Assembly: GCA_963713045.1 (NCBI GenBank)
Contig: CAVQKE010000006.1
Span: 353,356-417,355 of the forward strand
Direction: 5' to 3'
Length of the DNA: 64,000 nucleotides
Source: an uncultured delta proteobacterium
GTDB taxonomy: Bacteria; Myxococcota; Myxococcia; Myxococcales; Myxococcaceae
The notes beneath the pieces were generated by a model. That model did no database searches, was not told where the DNA came from, and was given only the letters and a program-made list of their open reading frames with translations. Both the position numbers and the translations under genes were made by a program. Below are positions 31,424 to 44,979 of the stretch, in pieces. The stretch's first letter is position 1; each line of letters starts with the position of its first letter.

Positions 31424-34400
31424 TCAGGCGCTGGCCGCTTCCGGAAGTGCGCAGGCGCTCAAGTCACGCAACACCTTCTTGGCGTCCCCGAGTAGCAACG
31501 GCGCCTGGTCTGGACCGTCTCGCTTCGCCACCAGTTTCATCTCGGGGGTAAGCCGGTAGAGGCCCTTGCTTCGTTGCACCAGCGCTGCCAGCCGCGCCGG
31601 GTCCAGCAATGCGTCAGCGCCTAGCGTCACCACCAGGCGGCCAGGGCCAGACTCCAGCGCACGAAGACGTAAGTCGCGCATGGAAATTTTGAGGAGCATC
31701 AGCTCGGAAAGGTGGTCGACATCGTCCGGCAGCTCGCCGAAGCGGTCCACCAGTTCGGCACGCAAGTCCTGCAGCTCATCCGGTGACGCTGCGGAGGCAA
31801 AGCGCTTGTAGAAAATGAGCCGCTGGTGCACGTCCGGTACATAGTCATCCGGAATGAGCGCTGGGATAGGGAGCGTCACGTCAGGCTCGACTTGGACTCG
31901 CACTTCCTCCCCGCGCATTTCCGCCACCGCTTCCTCGAGGAGCTGGGTGTACAGGTCAAACCCAATCTCCGCGATGCTTCCGGACTGGTCCGGGCCGAGC
32001 AGGTTGCCAGCGCCGCGAATTTCCAAGTCATGCGACGCGATGGAAAAGCCCGCTCCCAACTCGGTGAAGGCCTGCAGGACTTCCAACCGCCGCTGCGCTT
32101 CACGCGTCACCGGACGGCGCGCAGGGACAAGGAGGTACGCGTACGCTCTCTCCTTGGAACGGCCAACTCGGCCACGCAGTTGATAGAGCTGAGCCAAGCC
32201 GAAGGTGTCTGCACGGTTGACAATCATCGTGTTGGCAGACGGGATGTCCAGGCCACTCTCGATGATGCTGGTGGAAAGGAGGACCGAGAACTTCTTGTCC
32301 ACGAAGTCCGTCATGACTTTCTCGAGCTGCCCCTCGCCCATTTGTCCATGGGCAACGCCCACAGTTACCTCGGGCACGAGCTCATGAATGAAGCGCTCCA
32401 TGGAAGCAATTGACTGCACCCGGTTGTGGACGAAAAAGACCTGGCCGCCGCGCTGCACTTCCCGCAGCAGCGCCTCGCGAATGGTGGGCTCGTCGAATTT
32501 GGTGACAAACGTGCGGATGGCCCGTCTGTCTTCAGGCGGAGTCGCAATGATGCTGAAGTCCCGCAGGCCTGACATCGCCATGTTGAGTGTGCGCGGGATG
32601 GGGGTGGCGGTGAGGGTGAGGACGTCCACCTGAGTGCGGAGCTGCTTAATTCGCTCCTTGTGCTTCACGCCGAAGCGCTGCTCCTCGTCCACCACCAAAA
32701 GTCCCAGGTCCTTGAAGGCGACGTCGGCTCCGAGCAGCTTGTGGGTGCCGATGAGAATGTCCACCTTGCCCTCGCGGGTGCGCTTCAGCACCTCGCGTGA
32801 CTCCTGCGCCTTGCGCATGCCGGAAACCACATCAACGGTGACGGGGTAGTCCTTGAAGCGACGCTGAAAGGTGTGAAAGTGCTGCTGGGCAAGTACGGTG
32901 GTGGGGACGAGCACCGCCACCTGACGCTTGTCGAGGGTGGCTTTGAAGGCGGCGCGCATCGCCACCTCCGTCTTGCCATAGCCGACATCCCCGCAGACGA
33001 GTCGGTCCATCGGCTCTGCCTTCTGCATGTCCGAGAGCACGTCCTCGATGGCCTTGGCCTGGTCAGCCGTCTCCTCGAATTCGAAGTCCGCCTCAAATTG
33101 CCGGAAGTAGTTGTCCGGCGCTGAGAAGGGGTGTCCAGGGTGCGCCTTTCGGGCGGCGTAGAGCTGCAACAACTCGGCTGCCATTTTGAGGAGGACTTCC
33201 TTGACCCGGGCCTTCGTCTTCGCCCAGGAGCCGGTGCCGAGCCTGTCCAGCGCCACCTTGGAGGGGTCGGCGCCAGTGAATTTCTGAATCAGCCGCATTC
33301 GGCTGACGGGCAGGTACACCTTGTCCCTTCCCGCGTACTCGAGGAGCAGAAAGTCTCCAGGGATGCCTTGCACCTCCATTTTGACGAGACCCTGGTAGCG
33401 CCCGATGCCAAAGTCGGTGTGGACGATGAGGTCCCCCTCCTTCAGCTCGCGGAAGGCGGCGACGAAGGGTTGGTCTCCCTTCCGCGGCTTCACCCGGCGG
33501 CGCGCTCTGGCGCCAAATATCTCCTCGTCCGAAAGGACGGCCAACCCGCCAGCGGTGTCGACAAAGCCCTGGCTCACTTCCCCGGTGAAGAGGTGGGCGT
33601 AAATGGCCGGGTCGTACAGCGTCCGTGCATCGGCCAACGGCTCGGCATGCACGCGGACGTGCAGGTTTCTGTCGAGGAGAAGCCGTTTCACCCGGTCGAC
33701 TTGCCCTGCTGTCCCGCAGGCGATGGCGGCGGCCACCTTCATGCTCCGCCACCTGTCGAGCCGCTCCACAAGCGGCGTCAGCGCGCCCTCCTCCCCGTGG
33801 TGGCTGAGGATGGCGTTGCGCAAGTCCGTCGTCGTCCCGAAAGCGAAAGTCACCGGGGGCGTCGTGTCGGACGTCAGCGAAAGGCCACCGCCTTCGAGAA
33901 TGGGGTAGCGAGCAAGGCCTTGGCGGAGCTCCGCGTCGTCGACGAAGTGGGCCTCGGGGGGAAGGGCCAGGTCGAGGCGTGACTGGGCCTGTGTCCAAAC
34001 GCGTTCGAGTTCGGTCCGCAGTTCCTCGGCGGCGCGGTCCACGCCTACCGGGTCATCCACATAGACGAGGGCGTCCTTCGACCAGAATGGGAGGTAGTCC
34101 AGCACCGAGGCTAGCCCTCCTGGGTAAAAGCCTGGGAGGAGGGCCTCGATGCCGAAGGGCGGAATGCCCTCCCGAATCTTCTCCACCACCTCGCGCAGCT
34201 TGGTGGAGGGCAAATCGACGCGCTCGGCCGCTGCGCGTGCCGCGGCCTCTGCCGCTTTCTTGGTTTCGGTGTTGAAGATGAGCTCGCGTGCGGGGACGAG
34301 GGTGACTTCCTTCAGCGTCTCCACTGTCCGCTGGGAGCTCGGGTCAAAGAGGCGCAAACTCTCGACGGTGTCGCCGAACAATTCAATGCGGATTGGCCGC

Positions 34401-35014
34401 GGGTACAACGGGCAAAAGACGTCGAGGATGCCGCCCCGGACTGAAAACGTGCCCAAGTCCTCTACGAGGGGCGAGGACTGGTAGCCCATGTCTGTAAGAC
34501 GGCGGGCCAGGCTATCTCGGTCGACATTCTGTCCGACTCCGACGAGCTCGGAGAGGGCATCCATCACCGCCGGCGGAAGGACGCGGCGGTGCAGTGCCCG
34601 CCAGGAGACGACCAGCGCGCGGAAGCGTGTGCCCTGTCGGAGGTGAAAGAGGGCACCGAGGCGCTCGGAAACGACAGCGGCGTCCGGGCTGACCTCATCC
34701 CAGGGGAGCACTTCGTCCCCTGGGAGCTGGAGGACGGTGGGAGCTAGGAGGCTTCCGCGGCCGCCGAGGAAGAAGGCCAAGTCCGCGGTGAGCTGCTCAG
34801 CCGCGTCGTCGTCGGCGGTGACGCACAGAAGGGGCACCCGCGCCTCAGTCGATAGGCGGGCGAGGACGTGACCGCGCGCAGCTCCCTGGAGGCCCTGCGT
34901 GCGGAGACGGACTCCCGGCTTAAGCGTTGCGCGAACGAGCGCGACGGCATTATCGAAGGGGAGCCCGGGCGGGGGTAGTGGGGCGGCAGGGGATGAGGAC
35001 TGCGGCAGCGACAT
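31424..35014 (-). CDS. mfd: transcription-repair coupling factor
   Basis: FSVRGGILD, GDLIVH..GIGRY, MDRLVCGDVGYGKTEVA, DEEQRFGV, TATPIPRTL, GLAQLYQLRGRVGR, DLEIRGAGNLLG. Confidence 0.97.
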   Translation of the reverse strand: MSLPQSSSPAAPLPPPGLPFDNAVALVRATLKPGVRLRTQGLQGAARGHVLARLSTEARVPLLCVTADDDAAEQLTADLAFFLGGRGSLLAPTVLQLPGDEVLPWDEVSPDAAVVSERLGALFHLRQGTRFRALVVSWRALHRRVLPPAVMDALSELVGVGQNVDRDSLARRLTDMGYQSSPLVEDLGTFSVRGGILDVFCPLYPRPIRIELFGDTVESLRLFDPSSQRTVETLKEVTLVPARELIFNTETKKAAEAAARAAAERVDLPSTKLREVVEKIREGIPPFGIEALLPGFYPGGLASVLDYLPFWSKDALVYVDDPVGVDRAAEELRTELERVWTQAQSRLDLALPPEAHFVDDAELRQGLARYPILEGGGLSLTSDTTPPVTFAFGTTTDLRNAILSHHGEEGALTPLVERLDRWRSMKVAAAIACGTAGQVDRVKRLLLDRNLHVRVHAEPLADARTLYDPAIYAHLFTGEVSQGFVDTAGGLAVLSDEEIFGARARRRVKPRKGDQPFVAAFRELKEGDLIVHTDFGIGRYQGLVKMEVQGIPGDFLLLEYAGRDKVYLPVSRMRLIQKFTGADPSKVALDRLGTGSWAKTKARVKEVLLKMAAELLQLYAARKAHPGHPFSAPDNYFRQFEADFEFEETADQAKAIEDVLSDMQKAEPMDRLVCGDVGYGKTEVAMRAAFKATLDKRQVAVLVPTTVLAQQHFHTFQRRFKDYPVTVDVVSGMRKAQESREVLKRTREGKVDILIGTHKLLGADVAFKDLGLLVVDEEQRFGVKHKERIKQLRTQVDVLTLTATPIPRTLNMAMSGLRDFSIIATPPEDRRAIRTFVTKFDEPTIREALLREVQRGGQVFFVHNRVQSIASMERFIHELVPEVTVGVAHGQMGEGQLEKVMTDFVDKKFSVLLSTSIIESGLDIPSANTMIVNRADTFGLAQLYQLRGRVGRSKERAYAYLLVPARRPVTREAQRRLEVLQAFTELGAGFSIASHDLEIRGAGNLLGPDQSGSIAEIGFDLYTQLLEEAVAEMRGEEVRVQVEPDVTLPIPALIPDDYVPDVHQRLIFYKRFASAASPDELQDLRAELVDRFGELPDDVDHLSELMLLKISMRDLRLRALESGPGRLVVTLGADALLDPARLAALVQRSKGLYRLTPEMKLVAKRDGPDQAPLLLGDAKKVLRDLSACALPEAASA

Positions 35015-35339
35015 CGGCGCCACCGCTCTTAAGAGTGACAGGTGCCAAAGGTCAACGCGACGTGCTCCGTTTCACCGGATGGCCAAGCGGAGGCATTCTT
35101 CACAACACAGGAGCTTGCCCGATTGGGGAACCTCGGTTAACCCAGGAGGGCTAGGCTCCAGCTTACATTCGGTCGAGCGCCATTCCCTAAGGGGCTCTGC
35201 TGCCGACTGGACACGGAGGAAGCCCTGCGGTGGTAATCGGTGTCTTGCGGAAAGCCTGCGCGGGACTAAGGAACCGGGCGCTATAGGTTCTGACCCATGG
35301 TCGATTTGGGAACCTACCTCTCGTTCGCGAACGGCGGCG

Positions 35340-36017
35340 TGATATCCGGCTGACCGTGAAGGTTCAACGACAAAGGAAGCGATCGCTGAACTGTCGAAAG
35401 GCAGGAGCTCTGATCCGATTATCGCTGCGGCTGTGCGAGTCATTGAGAGTCGGATCTTCGCCGTCGATCGACTCGTCGATGTGGGCTGCGGAGCGGGCGA
35501 TCTCTTTCGCGGGTTCAGGCCTGTAAGTTCATATGTGGGTGTTGACCTGGTGCGGTATGAGCGGTTCCCTTCGGACGGTACAGTGCAATTCGTCCATGCC
35601 GACCTAAACGGCCCGCTACCGCTCGAGGATAGTTGTGCTGACGCAGTAGTCTCGGTCGAGACTATTGAGCATCTGGAAAATCCACGGGCTTTTGTCCGAG
35701 AGCTCGTTCGTGTCGCCCGTCCTGGAAGGTCGAGACCTGGTGACCACGCCGAATCAGCTGAGCTTGCTTAGCAAGCTGACTTTCGTTGTAAAGAATCAAT
35801 TCAATGCGTTCCTCGATTCTAGCTATCCTGCACACATCACAGCTCTACTCGAGCTTGATCTCCTTTCTGTCGGATTGCTTTGGAGTGCGGGCTTAGCGAT
35901 GTCCAGATTGCGTACACCCAGCAGGGGCGCATTCCGGGCACCGCCATCCATTGGCCGGCTCCGTTCGGCGGGCGGCCTTTTAGCGACAACGTCGTCATGA
36001 GTGGAGCGAAACCCTGA
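35340..36017 (+). CDS. class I SAM-dependent methyltransferase; frameshifted, start uncertain
   Basis: VDVGCGAG, ADLN, VETIEHLENP, VTTPN, YPAHITALLE, GRIPGT..FSDNV across frames. Confidence 0.75.
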
Positions 36018-36049
36018 GTCGTTCAGTTACGCCTCGTCTCAACTTAGGA

Positions 36050-37434
36050 ACGAAGCTCGTCCCTGTCATTTGGAAAATACGATTGCGATAACGACTTATC
36101 TGGTCAGTGCCATTGCTATACAGCCGATTGGGATCACTGTTGGCGATGAAGTGGAGTACCTTACTGAAGCTCAGGTAATCGGCACTGGCGCATCGTTGCT
36201 CGATGCTCGTTCATATCGACCAGGGACCGGCGAAGACCGACCGCATTACCCCGTCGGTTGGCCATTACTTCTTGCACCGCTGAGTCGTGCACCGTGGCCT
36301 GCACCCTTTCTGCCTCCCTGTGGCGCTTCATCTGCTAGGGACCGCACTCTCAGCCGGATCTTGACGAAACCGAGGTCTCTCATCTTCTCTCGGGCTTTGT
36401 TGTACTTCGCTGAGCCAGCGAGCTTGCTTTTCAGCCGGACTCTAATGGCGGACTCGCTGTCCTCGGTTCTCGTCGTCACGCTCTTGTTAGCGGCTGACGC
36501 AGGGCGAGCTGAGTGGCTCGGGCTCCTTTCCGGCGCAGGTCTCCTCTTTAAGCCATCGCTTACCCTCGCATCCATCCCGTTCGTGGCCGCCTGGTTGATC
36601 TTCCAGGTGCCACCCAACAGTCGCCTCAGACTTGGGGTTCTGGCCCTCGTTGGCGTCTTAGCTCCTCTAGGTGTTTGGGGTTGGCTCCGTCACCTAGAGG
36701 TTTCCGGAACCGCTGATATCTCTTCTTTTACTATGCCTCAACACCTGGTCTTGGCCACGTCGGCCTCGTCTTGATCACCTTTGCGCTCGCGTGGCCCGGC
36801 CTTCCAATCGCGTTACTCGGTGCGCAAGCTTGTGAACGAGCCGGAGCATTGGCGAATATCGGTATTTTAATATTCTATCAATATGATTACGTTGGACCCA
36901 ACCTGGCGGCGACCTTGATTGTTGGGAGCAGACTTCTGCTGCCGGCAGTTGTCTTGTTGTTGCCAGGATATGCGATATTTCTTTCATCACTCTCAAAGCC
37001 CTTGAGATCGGGAAGCATCGCCGCCTTAGCGCTTGGAGCTTTTGCTTTTCCGCCACTTTTGATAGGGTTCTAGCAAGTCGACGCCAAGTTCTTGACGACG
37101 TCTCTGTCGAGACACTTCGACAACTACGGCCTGGCTGTGCTCGGGGTTATTCCCCGTTCGCAATAAAGCTGCTTGTCCCGTTTCCCCTTTCAGGGAACTT
37201 CGCATCTATTGCCGAAGAAGCTGAATTGGAAAGTCAATTAGTTAATGGAACTTGTGTCGGGACTCCTTAATCGCCCCTGCATCTCTCGTTACTACTGTCG
37301 ATGCAGAGTTTAAGGACCCTGGCTTTTTTTCTGATCTCACGCGAGGATTTCCAAGGTGTGATCTGCAACGAAAGGGTGCAGAACGGATCATTCGATTGTT
37401 CCCGAAGGGCGAGATTCCAGACTGCGAACCGTAG
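36050..37434 (+). CDS. polytopic membrane protein, GT-C/ArnT-like; frameshifted, ends approximate
   Basis: GDE.EY and HYPVGWPLLLAP motifs; many TM helices; RLLLP; located in the polysaccharide locus. Confidence 0.5.
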
Positions 37435-37577
37435 AGATCTTCGTCCGGCGGTTTGGAAAAACTGACGGGGCGATGAAGGGCTGCGTGCGAATCTGCGCGG
37501 TGCTAGGGCCTAGCAAAAGTGCCCTTCCGGACACTTTCCAATGAGCGGAGCGAGGCTTTCCCTATAGAGTGCGTTCG

Positions 37578-39087
37578 ATGCAGATTCGTCGTTCCCGAGC
37601 GCGGTCTGTACCTTTGGTGACTTCAAAGCTCGCCCTCCTTGAGGTCCAGGCCAATTCCACAAGGCCCGTGCGCCTCATCCAAGGGCATCCCGTTGTCTTC
37701 GAGGGTCGAGAAGGGTGGCAGGTCAGACTGTCAGCCGACGAGGACGAAGCGGTCGAGGTTCGGGTTTTTGGCCAAGTAGCCATTCGCGTAAACGAAGTCC
37801 AGGTGCGCGGCGTCGCTCGCGCTCGCGCCGGCGATCTGATTGCACTGTCCGACCGATCACTGCTCGTTCAGCGGTTTTCGTTACCGCCCGATCTTCTGTC
37901 GTCGCCAGCCAGCCACGAGGCCTTCGAGCAGCGACTGCTCGAAGAGGTTAACCGAGCGGTTAACAGCAACAGCCCGGTTTCGCTGCTAATGGTCCGCTCC
38001 AGCGCGCTGCTTAATCATGGTTTGAAGGAGTTCCTTGAGTCACCTGAATTGCGGCGTCTGCGCAACCCGGCACGCTTAATCCTTATCGGCCAAGCGGCAC
38101 CAGCTGCTCTGGAGCTTCTTTGCCCGGGCGCCACGGCGACAGACGCGAGCGAAATCCGCGAGCACCTCTCTGAGGCTCTTGGTCGACTGGTCGGCCGTTT
38201 CGCTGGGGCTGGGCGACCGCGCCAACCGAAGCCAACGATTCTGCAGAGTTGTTGGGCCGTGCTCTAGACCGTCTCTTTGCGGAGCGTTCGGAACCTGTCG
38301 ACGAGCTGCCGCGCGCCGACCCGGTAATGGTCCGCCTCTGGGCACTGTGCGACATCTGGACGGGGATGCGGGAGGCGTCCTGGTCCGTGGCGAGGTTGGT
38401 TCGGGCCGGGAAACCTTGGCGCGAGTCATCCATGAACGGCACGCGCCTCGCTCGCCGTTCGTTGTGGCACGGTCCGCGAGCTTCGACAGTACGCTTTGGC
38501 TAGCGAACGTGGAGCGCGCTCACGGTGGAACTCTCTATGTCCGGCATCCGGATGCGCTTCCTGCACTTGAACGCGCTAGCTTCTGGGAGGCGACGGCCTT
38601 CCGCCCCATGGCTTGCTCCCAAGAGACCGCCTCGCCGACGCCACCTGTCGTCATTGCTGTGCCTCCTCTGCGCGACCGTCAGCTCGACATCCTGCCCATC
38701 GCGGAGCACGTATTGACACGGTGTTCCGGCCTAGACGCATCGCGGAAGGCCAAGCTCACCCCTGCGGCGAAATCGTTACTGTCCCATGAGTGGAGCGGCA
38801 GCGTGAGAGAGTTAAAGAACTCGCTCCAGCGCGCGTCGCTCCTCGTAGACGCTTCGGGGGAGGTGCTTGAGGAGCATCTGCTTAGGCCAGGTGAACGTAT
38901 CGTCGGAGATCGAGCCAGCCAAACTGATCTCCGTACGTCGCTCCGCTCGGTCGAGCGTCGCACACTGCTGGAGACGCTCGCCCGAACTAACTGGAACGTG
39001 ACCGAAGCAGCGCGGCTCCTAGGTCTTCCGCGCAGAACCGTTGTCTATCGGATGGCTAGGCTGGGTCTGAAGCGCCCGGCGACATAG
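37578..39087 (+). CDS. degenerate sigma-54 activator-like regulator (FHA-like, GGDEF-like remnant, AAA+ remnant, Fis HTH); frameshift near 38190-38380
   Basis: VLVRGEVGSGRETLARVIH, AHGGTL, PPLRDR..DI, W.GSVRELKN, TNWNVTEAARLLGLPRRTVVYRM. Confidence 0.75.
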
Positions 39088-39118
39088 GACTAAAGTCAGC
39101 ACAGGGGACAAATATTCA

Positions 39119-39784
39119 TTGAAACCGACCGAGTTGGTTGAACTGACGATTCCAGGCCTCCACTCCGCCGTCTTCCGGCTGGTGCGGCGGGTTTCGCCTC
39201 CTCCCCTCGACGTGCTGGACCTTGGGGCCGGAACGGGAGCCTGGCCAAACCGGCTAAAAGCGGCGGGTTACCGCGTCGCCGCCGTCGATCGAGACTCGGG
39301 GACCTTCGGATCCTCCGCCATTGAGTTAGTTGTGGCCGATCTGAACAGTGGCTTTTCGCAGACCCTTTCAGGACGTTGCTTCGACCTAATCACATGTCTC
39401 GAAGTAATCGAGCACCTGGAAAACCCGCGGCATCTTCTGCGCGAAAGCAAGCGTTTGCTCAAGCAGAGTGGGCTGATGGTTTTGAGCACGCCAAACATCG
39501 AAAGTATCCCTGGACGTTTACGCTTTCTCGCAACCGGAGAGCTTAGGATGTTCGGTCGGGACCAAGCGCGAAATAATCAAACGCACATAACACCCATTCA
39601 CACGCTGATGTTTGAGCGCATGCTCTCTGACAGTGGTTTTGAGCTGCTGGAGCACTCATTCAATGCTCCAAGCCCGGTAGGCAGTAAGAGACTGATTAAG
39701 GTTATTGGAAGAATTATCGACTGGGTAGTTTCTGGCGTAAAGGGCGGCGACTCTCATATTTTCGTGATTAGACGAAAACAATGA
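39119..39784 (+). CDS. class I SAM-dependent methyltransferase
   Basis: VLDLGAGTG, ADLN, LEVIEHLENP, LSTPN. Confidence 0.88.
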   Translation: MKPTELVELTIPGLHSAVFRLVRRVSPPPLDVLDLGAGTGAWPNRLKAAGYRVAAVDRDSGTFGSSAIELVVADLNSGFSQTLSGRCFDLITCLEVIEHLENPRHLLRESKRLLKQSGLMVLSTPNIESIPGRLRFLATGELRMFGRDQARNNQTHITPIHTLMFERMLSDSGFELLEHSFNAPSPVGSKRLIKVIGRIIDWVVSGVKGGDSHIFVIRRKQ

Positions 39785-39839
39785 GGGCGCGAACCACCAG
39801 ATCATCGGGCGCGCCCTTGTCCTGGGTGACAAGCCGGGC

Positions 39840-41400
39840 CTATTTGAAAAGAACAAGCGGACGTCCTGGTGGGGTAAGCCAGACCCGTTGCAGCAACGCT
39901 AGCGCTCCCCGATCCTGAGGAGAATTACGATACGTTAACACCTGAAAAGCTATTAGCGCGGTCGCCGTCCCGAGTGTCGCGATGAGGGGCGCAAGCGACT
40001 TCTGGGGCCGAAATGACCAAAGAAGCCAAACGACAATGGCGCCGACGCCAGCCCATATAACCATTCCAGCTTCTGGGTTGCGCAGCCCAAGGGCACAGAG
40101 AATCGAGGGGACGAAGTACCCAGCGCGTGTAAGCGGGACACTTAGACCAACTATCGCGTTCGATACATCGTCAGGTATGTAGTTTACAAAAGTTAGAGCA
40201 CTCGTGAAAAATACTGAGCTGGCAAGCAAAACGCCGCAAGGCCCTCGTAGCCACGATGCTCGAGCTCGCTCGACGGTGAAAGCGCAGGGAAGTAATAGAA
40301 ACGGAACGAGAGGGGTGAGATGCCGTGGTCCTGTCGTCCAGCCCCAGGATTCGTAGCTAAAAGAGGAGGTGAAGTAAGTGTACCCCGCTACGATGGCGAC
40401 CGTAGCCCATGCGACGGGTCGCAGGCATGGTTGAGCCCCACGACACAAGAGCCAAATACCTGGGACAGCGAGGAGCAACGCCGGTGATAAGACAAATAGT
40501 CCGCGGAGAGGCGAAAAAAAGGAGAGAAGGAAGGCCCTAGCATGCGGTAGCCCGACTCCAAGGAATCCGCCCTCGTGCCACGGCTGATACGCGACATCCG
40601 CCAAGTGCCGGTAGCCGCTCTCAAGAGGTCCGCCGAACGCTCGTGCCTGATACCACATTAGGAGCAGAGTCAGCGGCAGGGAGCCGAGTAAAAAGATGCC
40701 AGCTGCTCGTGCGGATGCGGCCAGCGGCATACCCTTTCCTTTGACCAATAGGACTCCAAACAGCCCCACGGCGATAGCTCCAATCGCCGCCGTGTACTCG
40801 GTCATTACGGCCGCCGCCGCAAGAGTCCCTGCCGCAAAAGGTAGGTCCCTTTCCGTTCGTCCTTCGACCACCGCCATAGCGCGTAAAACGCCCCAAAAAT
40901 TAAGACTGCGCAAGGCTGGTGACTCATGAATAGCAAAGAGTAGCTGAAGGCCAAAGTGCCCAAAGCATATGTGAGCGCCACTGCGTCGGCGGTCAGGGGT
41001 GACACGAATTCAGTCAGAAATCGTCGAATCAAAACCACAAGGAGAAGGGTCGGGAGAGCTGTGACAATCAGCCGGCTGAAGTATACGAGAGTTACTTCTG
41101 ATACGGACGTCGGCTCTCCGCCAAGAACCGCGCGCAACCCCGCGTACACTGGAACGGCGGCGAACGAAACAAGAGGAGCCTTAGACGGATAGTAGCGTCC
41201 CCGATAGAAGGCCAGATCGCCGACCTGGCCATAGAGGCGCATCGCGCGGTTTAGGTCAAGATCTCCGAACTCGACGATCGCACGGGCCTGCATCAATCGG
41301 CAGAGCTCATTAGGAGAGCGCAGGCCCGGATGGTACGGAAACGCCAATATGTAGAGGGCGACGACCGTCGACCAGATCCAGCGTGGAGCGCGACGCGCGT
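39840..41400 (-). CDS. polytopic membrane protein, GT-C-like; frameshift near 40850, start approximate
   Basis: SPNE..R, DLA...GRYYPSKAP, LFSP.RGLF-like and WGWTTGPRHL motifs; many TM helices. Confidence 0.65.
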
Positions 41401-41406
41401 CAGCGG

Positions 41407-42476
<1,070 letters not shown>

Positions 42477-42777
42477 CGAGTCGCAAGCTTCGATCGAGGA
42501 AAGGCGAATGTAGGGCCCACCTAGCACACTGCTTGACGAGGTAAAAGAGATGACGCCGCCTCACTAGAGGCGTTGGCAGAAATCAGGCCGGAGGAGCCTC
42601 TAGCCGGCCGCACGGAGCGTCGGATCGACATCCAAGCGCTGAAGCGCTGGGCGTGGCGCGAAGCCGCAACCGTCAAAATAGCCGCAGACGAGCCGGTCGG
42701 TTTGACCTGCACGCCGGGCCCAGGGCACTCTTGCGGCACGGAGGTTCGGTTAGGTTGAGTGCCGACGAAGGAGCTGA

Positions 42778-44957
42778 GTGGAAAGCGATGCAGCCAATCT
42801 CCCGCTGACCGGTTCGAGTGCCTTCAACCTGCATGGCTTCATACAAGTCATCTCGAGAAGGCGCTGGCTCGTCACCCTTACACTGCTAGTGGTTTTCGCC
42901 ACTGTTGCCCTGCACACACTGCGTCAACAGAAGGTTTACTCGGCCTCAACGTCCTTGATCATTGAGGCAACGGCGCCTCGTGTACTTGACGCTCAAGTTG
43001 GGGAGGTCTCCGAACAAGGCTCGGGGTACTGGTATGGGAAGGAGTACGCCGAAACCCAGTTCAAGGTCATCACCAGCCGGGCAGTTTCTGCCCGAGTCGT
43101 AGAGAAGCTTGGGCTTGATCGCGATCCCAAGTTCTTAGGGCTCGACGCAGTGAAAGATAGCAAGCGCAGGGACGAGATTATGAAGTCAATTGATGCAGTG
43201 GCGATTCTGCAAGGGAAGATTTCCGTAAGTCCCATTAGAGATTCACGTATTGTACGAATTATCGTTGAAGACTCCGACCCTCAGAGAGCCGCTCTCTTGG
43301 CCAATGAGGTAGCTGATGCCTACATAGCGGAGAATCTCGCTCTCAAGCTTCGCATCAGTGAGAGTGCCGACCGTTGGCTCGAGGACCGGCTCGCGGAACT
43401 TGAATCCAAAAGCAAAGCCAGCGAGCTCGCCGTTTATGACTTTAAGAAGGACGCCGACATGCTTACGACTTCGCTCGAGGATCGGGCGAGCATGGTTTCA
43501 CAACGCTTGACGTCATACAATGGAGCATTGACTGACGTACCGAACAAAAATCGCGGGGCTCCGGGCTCGCGCTGAAGCACTTAAGCGTCTTCGCTCCACA
43601 GTCGATGACGCCAAGGCGCCGGAGTGGTCCGCGCTACTCGGTGACTCGGGAGAGCACTCACAAGCAGGGCAGCTTCGGGCACGCTTCTTTGATAGCAAGA
43701 GTGAATGCTCTGCTCTAAGAGAACGCTACCTCGATGCTCACCCGAAACTAGTCGCCTGTCAGGAGAAACTAAACGCGGCGCGCGGCGACCTGATTTTGGA
43801 GCTTAAGACCATAGTTGCAGGAGCCGAGGCGGACTTGTTCGAAGCAGAGGCTCGAGAGCGGAACCTAAACGCGCTGCTTGAGTCTGCGAAAACGGAAGCT
43901 TTTGAAGTCAATAAGAAGCAACTCGCCTTTGATCGCTTAAAGCGCGAGGCAGACAACGATCAGCGCCTGTATGACCTGGTATTCAAGCGGCTTAGGGAGA
44001 CAGAACTATCCGGATTGCTGCGAACCAGCAACGCCCACATACTCGACGCTGCTCGGCCCTCCTTTGCACCCGTTCGCCCGAGAGTGCAGAGTTCACTCAT
44101 TTTGGGATTGATCCTGGGGCTAGTAGCGGGCGTAGGCGTTGCTCTTTTACGAGAACAACTTGACAACAGCGTAAGCAGTCAACTTGACGTTGAGCAAAAG
44201 CTCACTCTTCCTTTCCTGGGCTTTATTCCGCGCGTTCTACCACACCAAGGGAAGGAAGACTCGAGTCCAGATCTATTCATATTTGACCAGCCGAGTCGCC
44301 GTCGCCGAAGCTTGCCGCGCTATTCGAGCCAACTTGCTCTTCATGACACCGGACAAGCCTCTCCGGACAATTCTGGTGACGTCGAGTGGACCAAAAGAGG
44401 GCAAGAGTTACTCCGTAATCAATGCAGGCATAGTCATGGCACAAAGTGGGAATCGGGTTTTACTTGTGGATACTGATCTACGGCGGCCGCGCCTGCATAA
44501 AGCCTTCGGAGTTTCCAACGAGAGCGGGGTAACTAATGTAATTATGGGTGAAGCTAAACTCTCCGAAGTCGTGAAGACGACCGCAGTGCCGAATCTTTTT
44601 GTTATGCCGTGCGGTCCCATTCCGCCCAACCCCACAGAGTTATTCCATGCCAAGGCCTTCTTGGAATTTATGAAGGAGGCTGCGTCCTCCTTCGATCGTG
44701 TTATTCTTGACAGTCCCCCGGTGAATGCGGTTTCCGATCCGCTCGTGTTGTCGACGGCCGTCGACGGTGTAATGTTTGTGATTCGTGCTGGTTCAACCAA
44801 TCGCTCACTAGCCCTTCGCGCCCTGAGAAGTTTGCGCGCCGTGAAGGCGCGGATCCTCGGGGCAGTTCTCAACGACGTTGACGTCGGGAATCCGCGGTTC
44901 GGGTACTCGTATGCATATACGCGGTACGGCTACGGTGATCCGAACGAAGCAGCGTGA
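42778..44957 (+). CDS. wzc: Wzc-type polysaccharide co-polymerase/BY tyrosine kinase; frameshifted twice or more
   Basis: N-terminal Wzz-like TM, coiled coil, second TM; AEA.R.IR, VTSSGPKEGKS, LLVDTDLRRP, ILDSPP; C-terminal Tyr cluster GYSYAYTRYGY. Confidence 0.9.
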
Positions 44958-44979
44958 GACGCAGCGCGGACAATCACCC

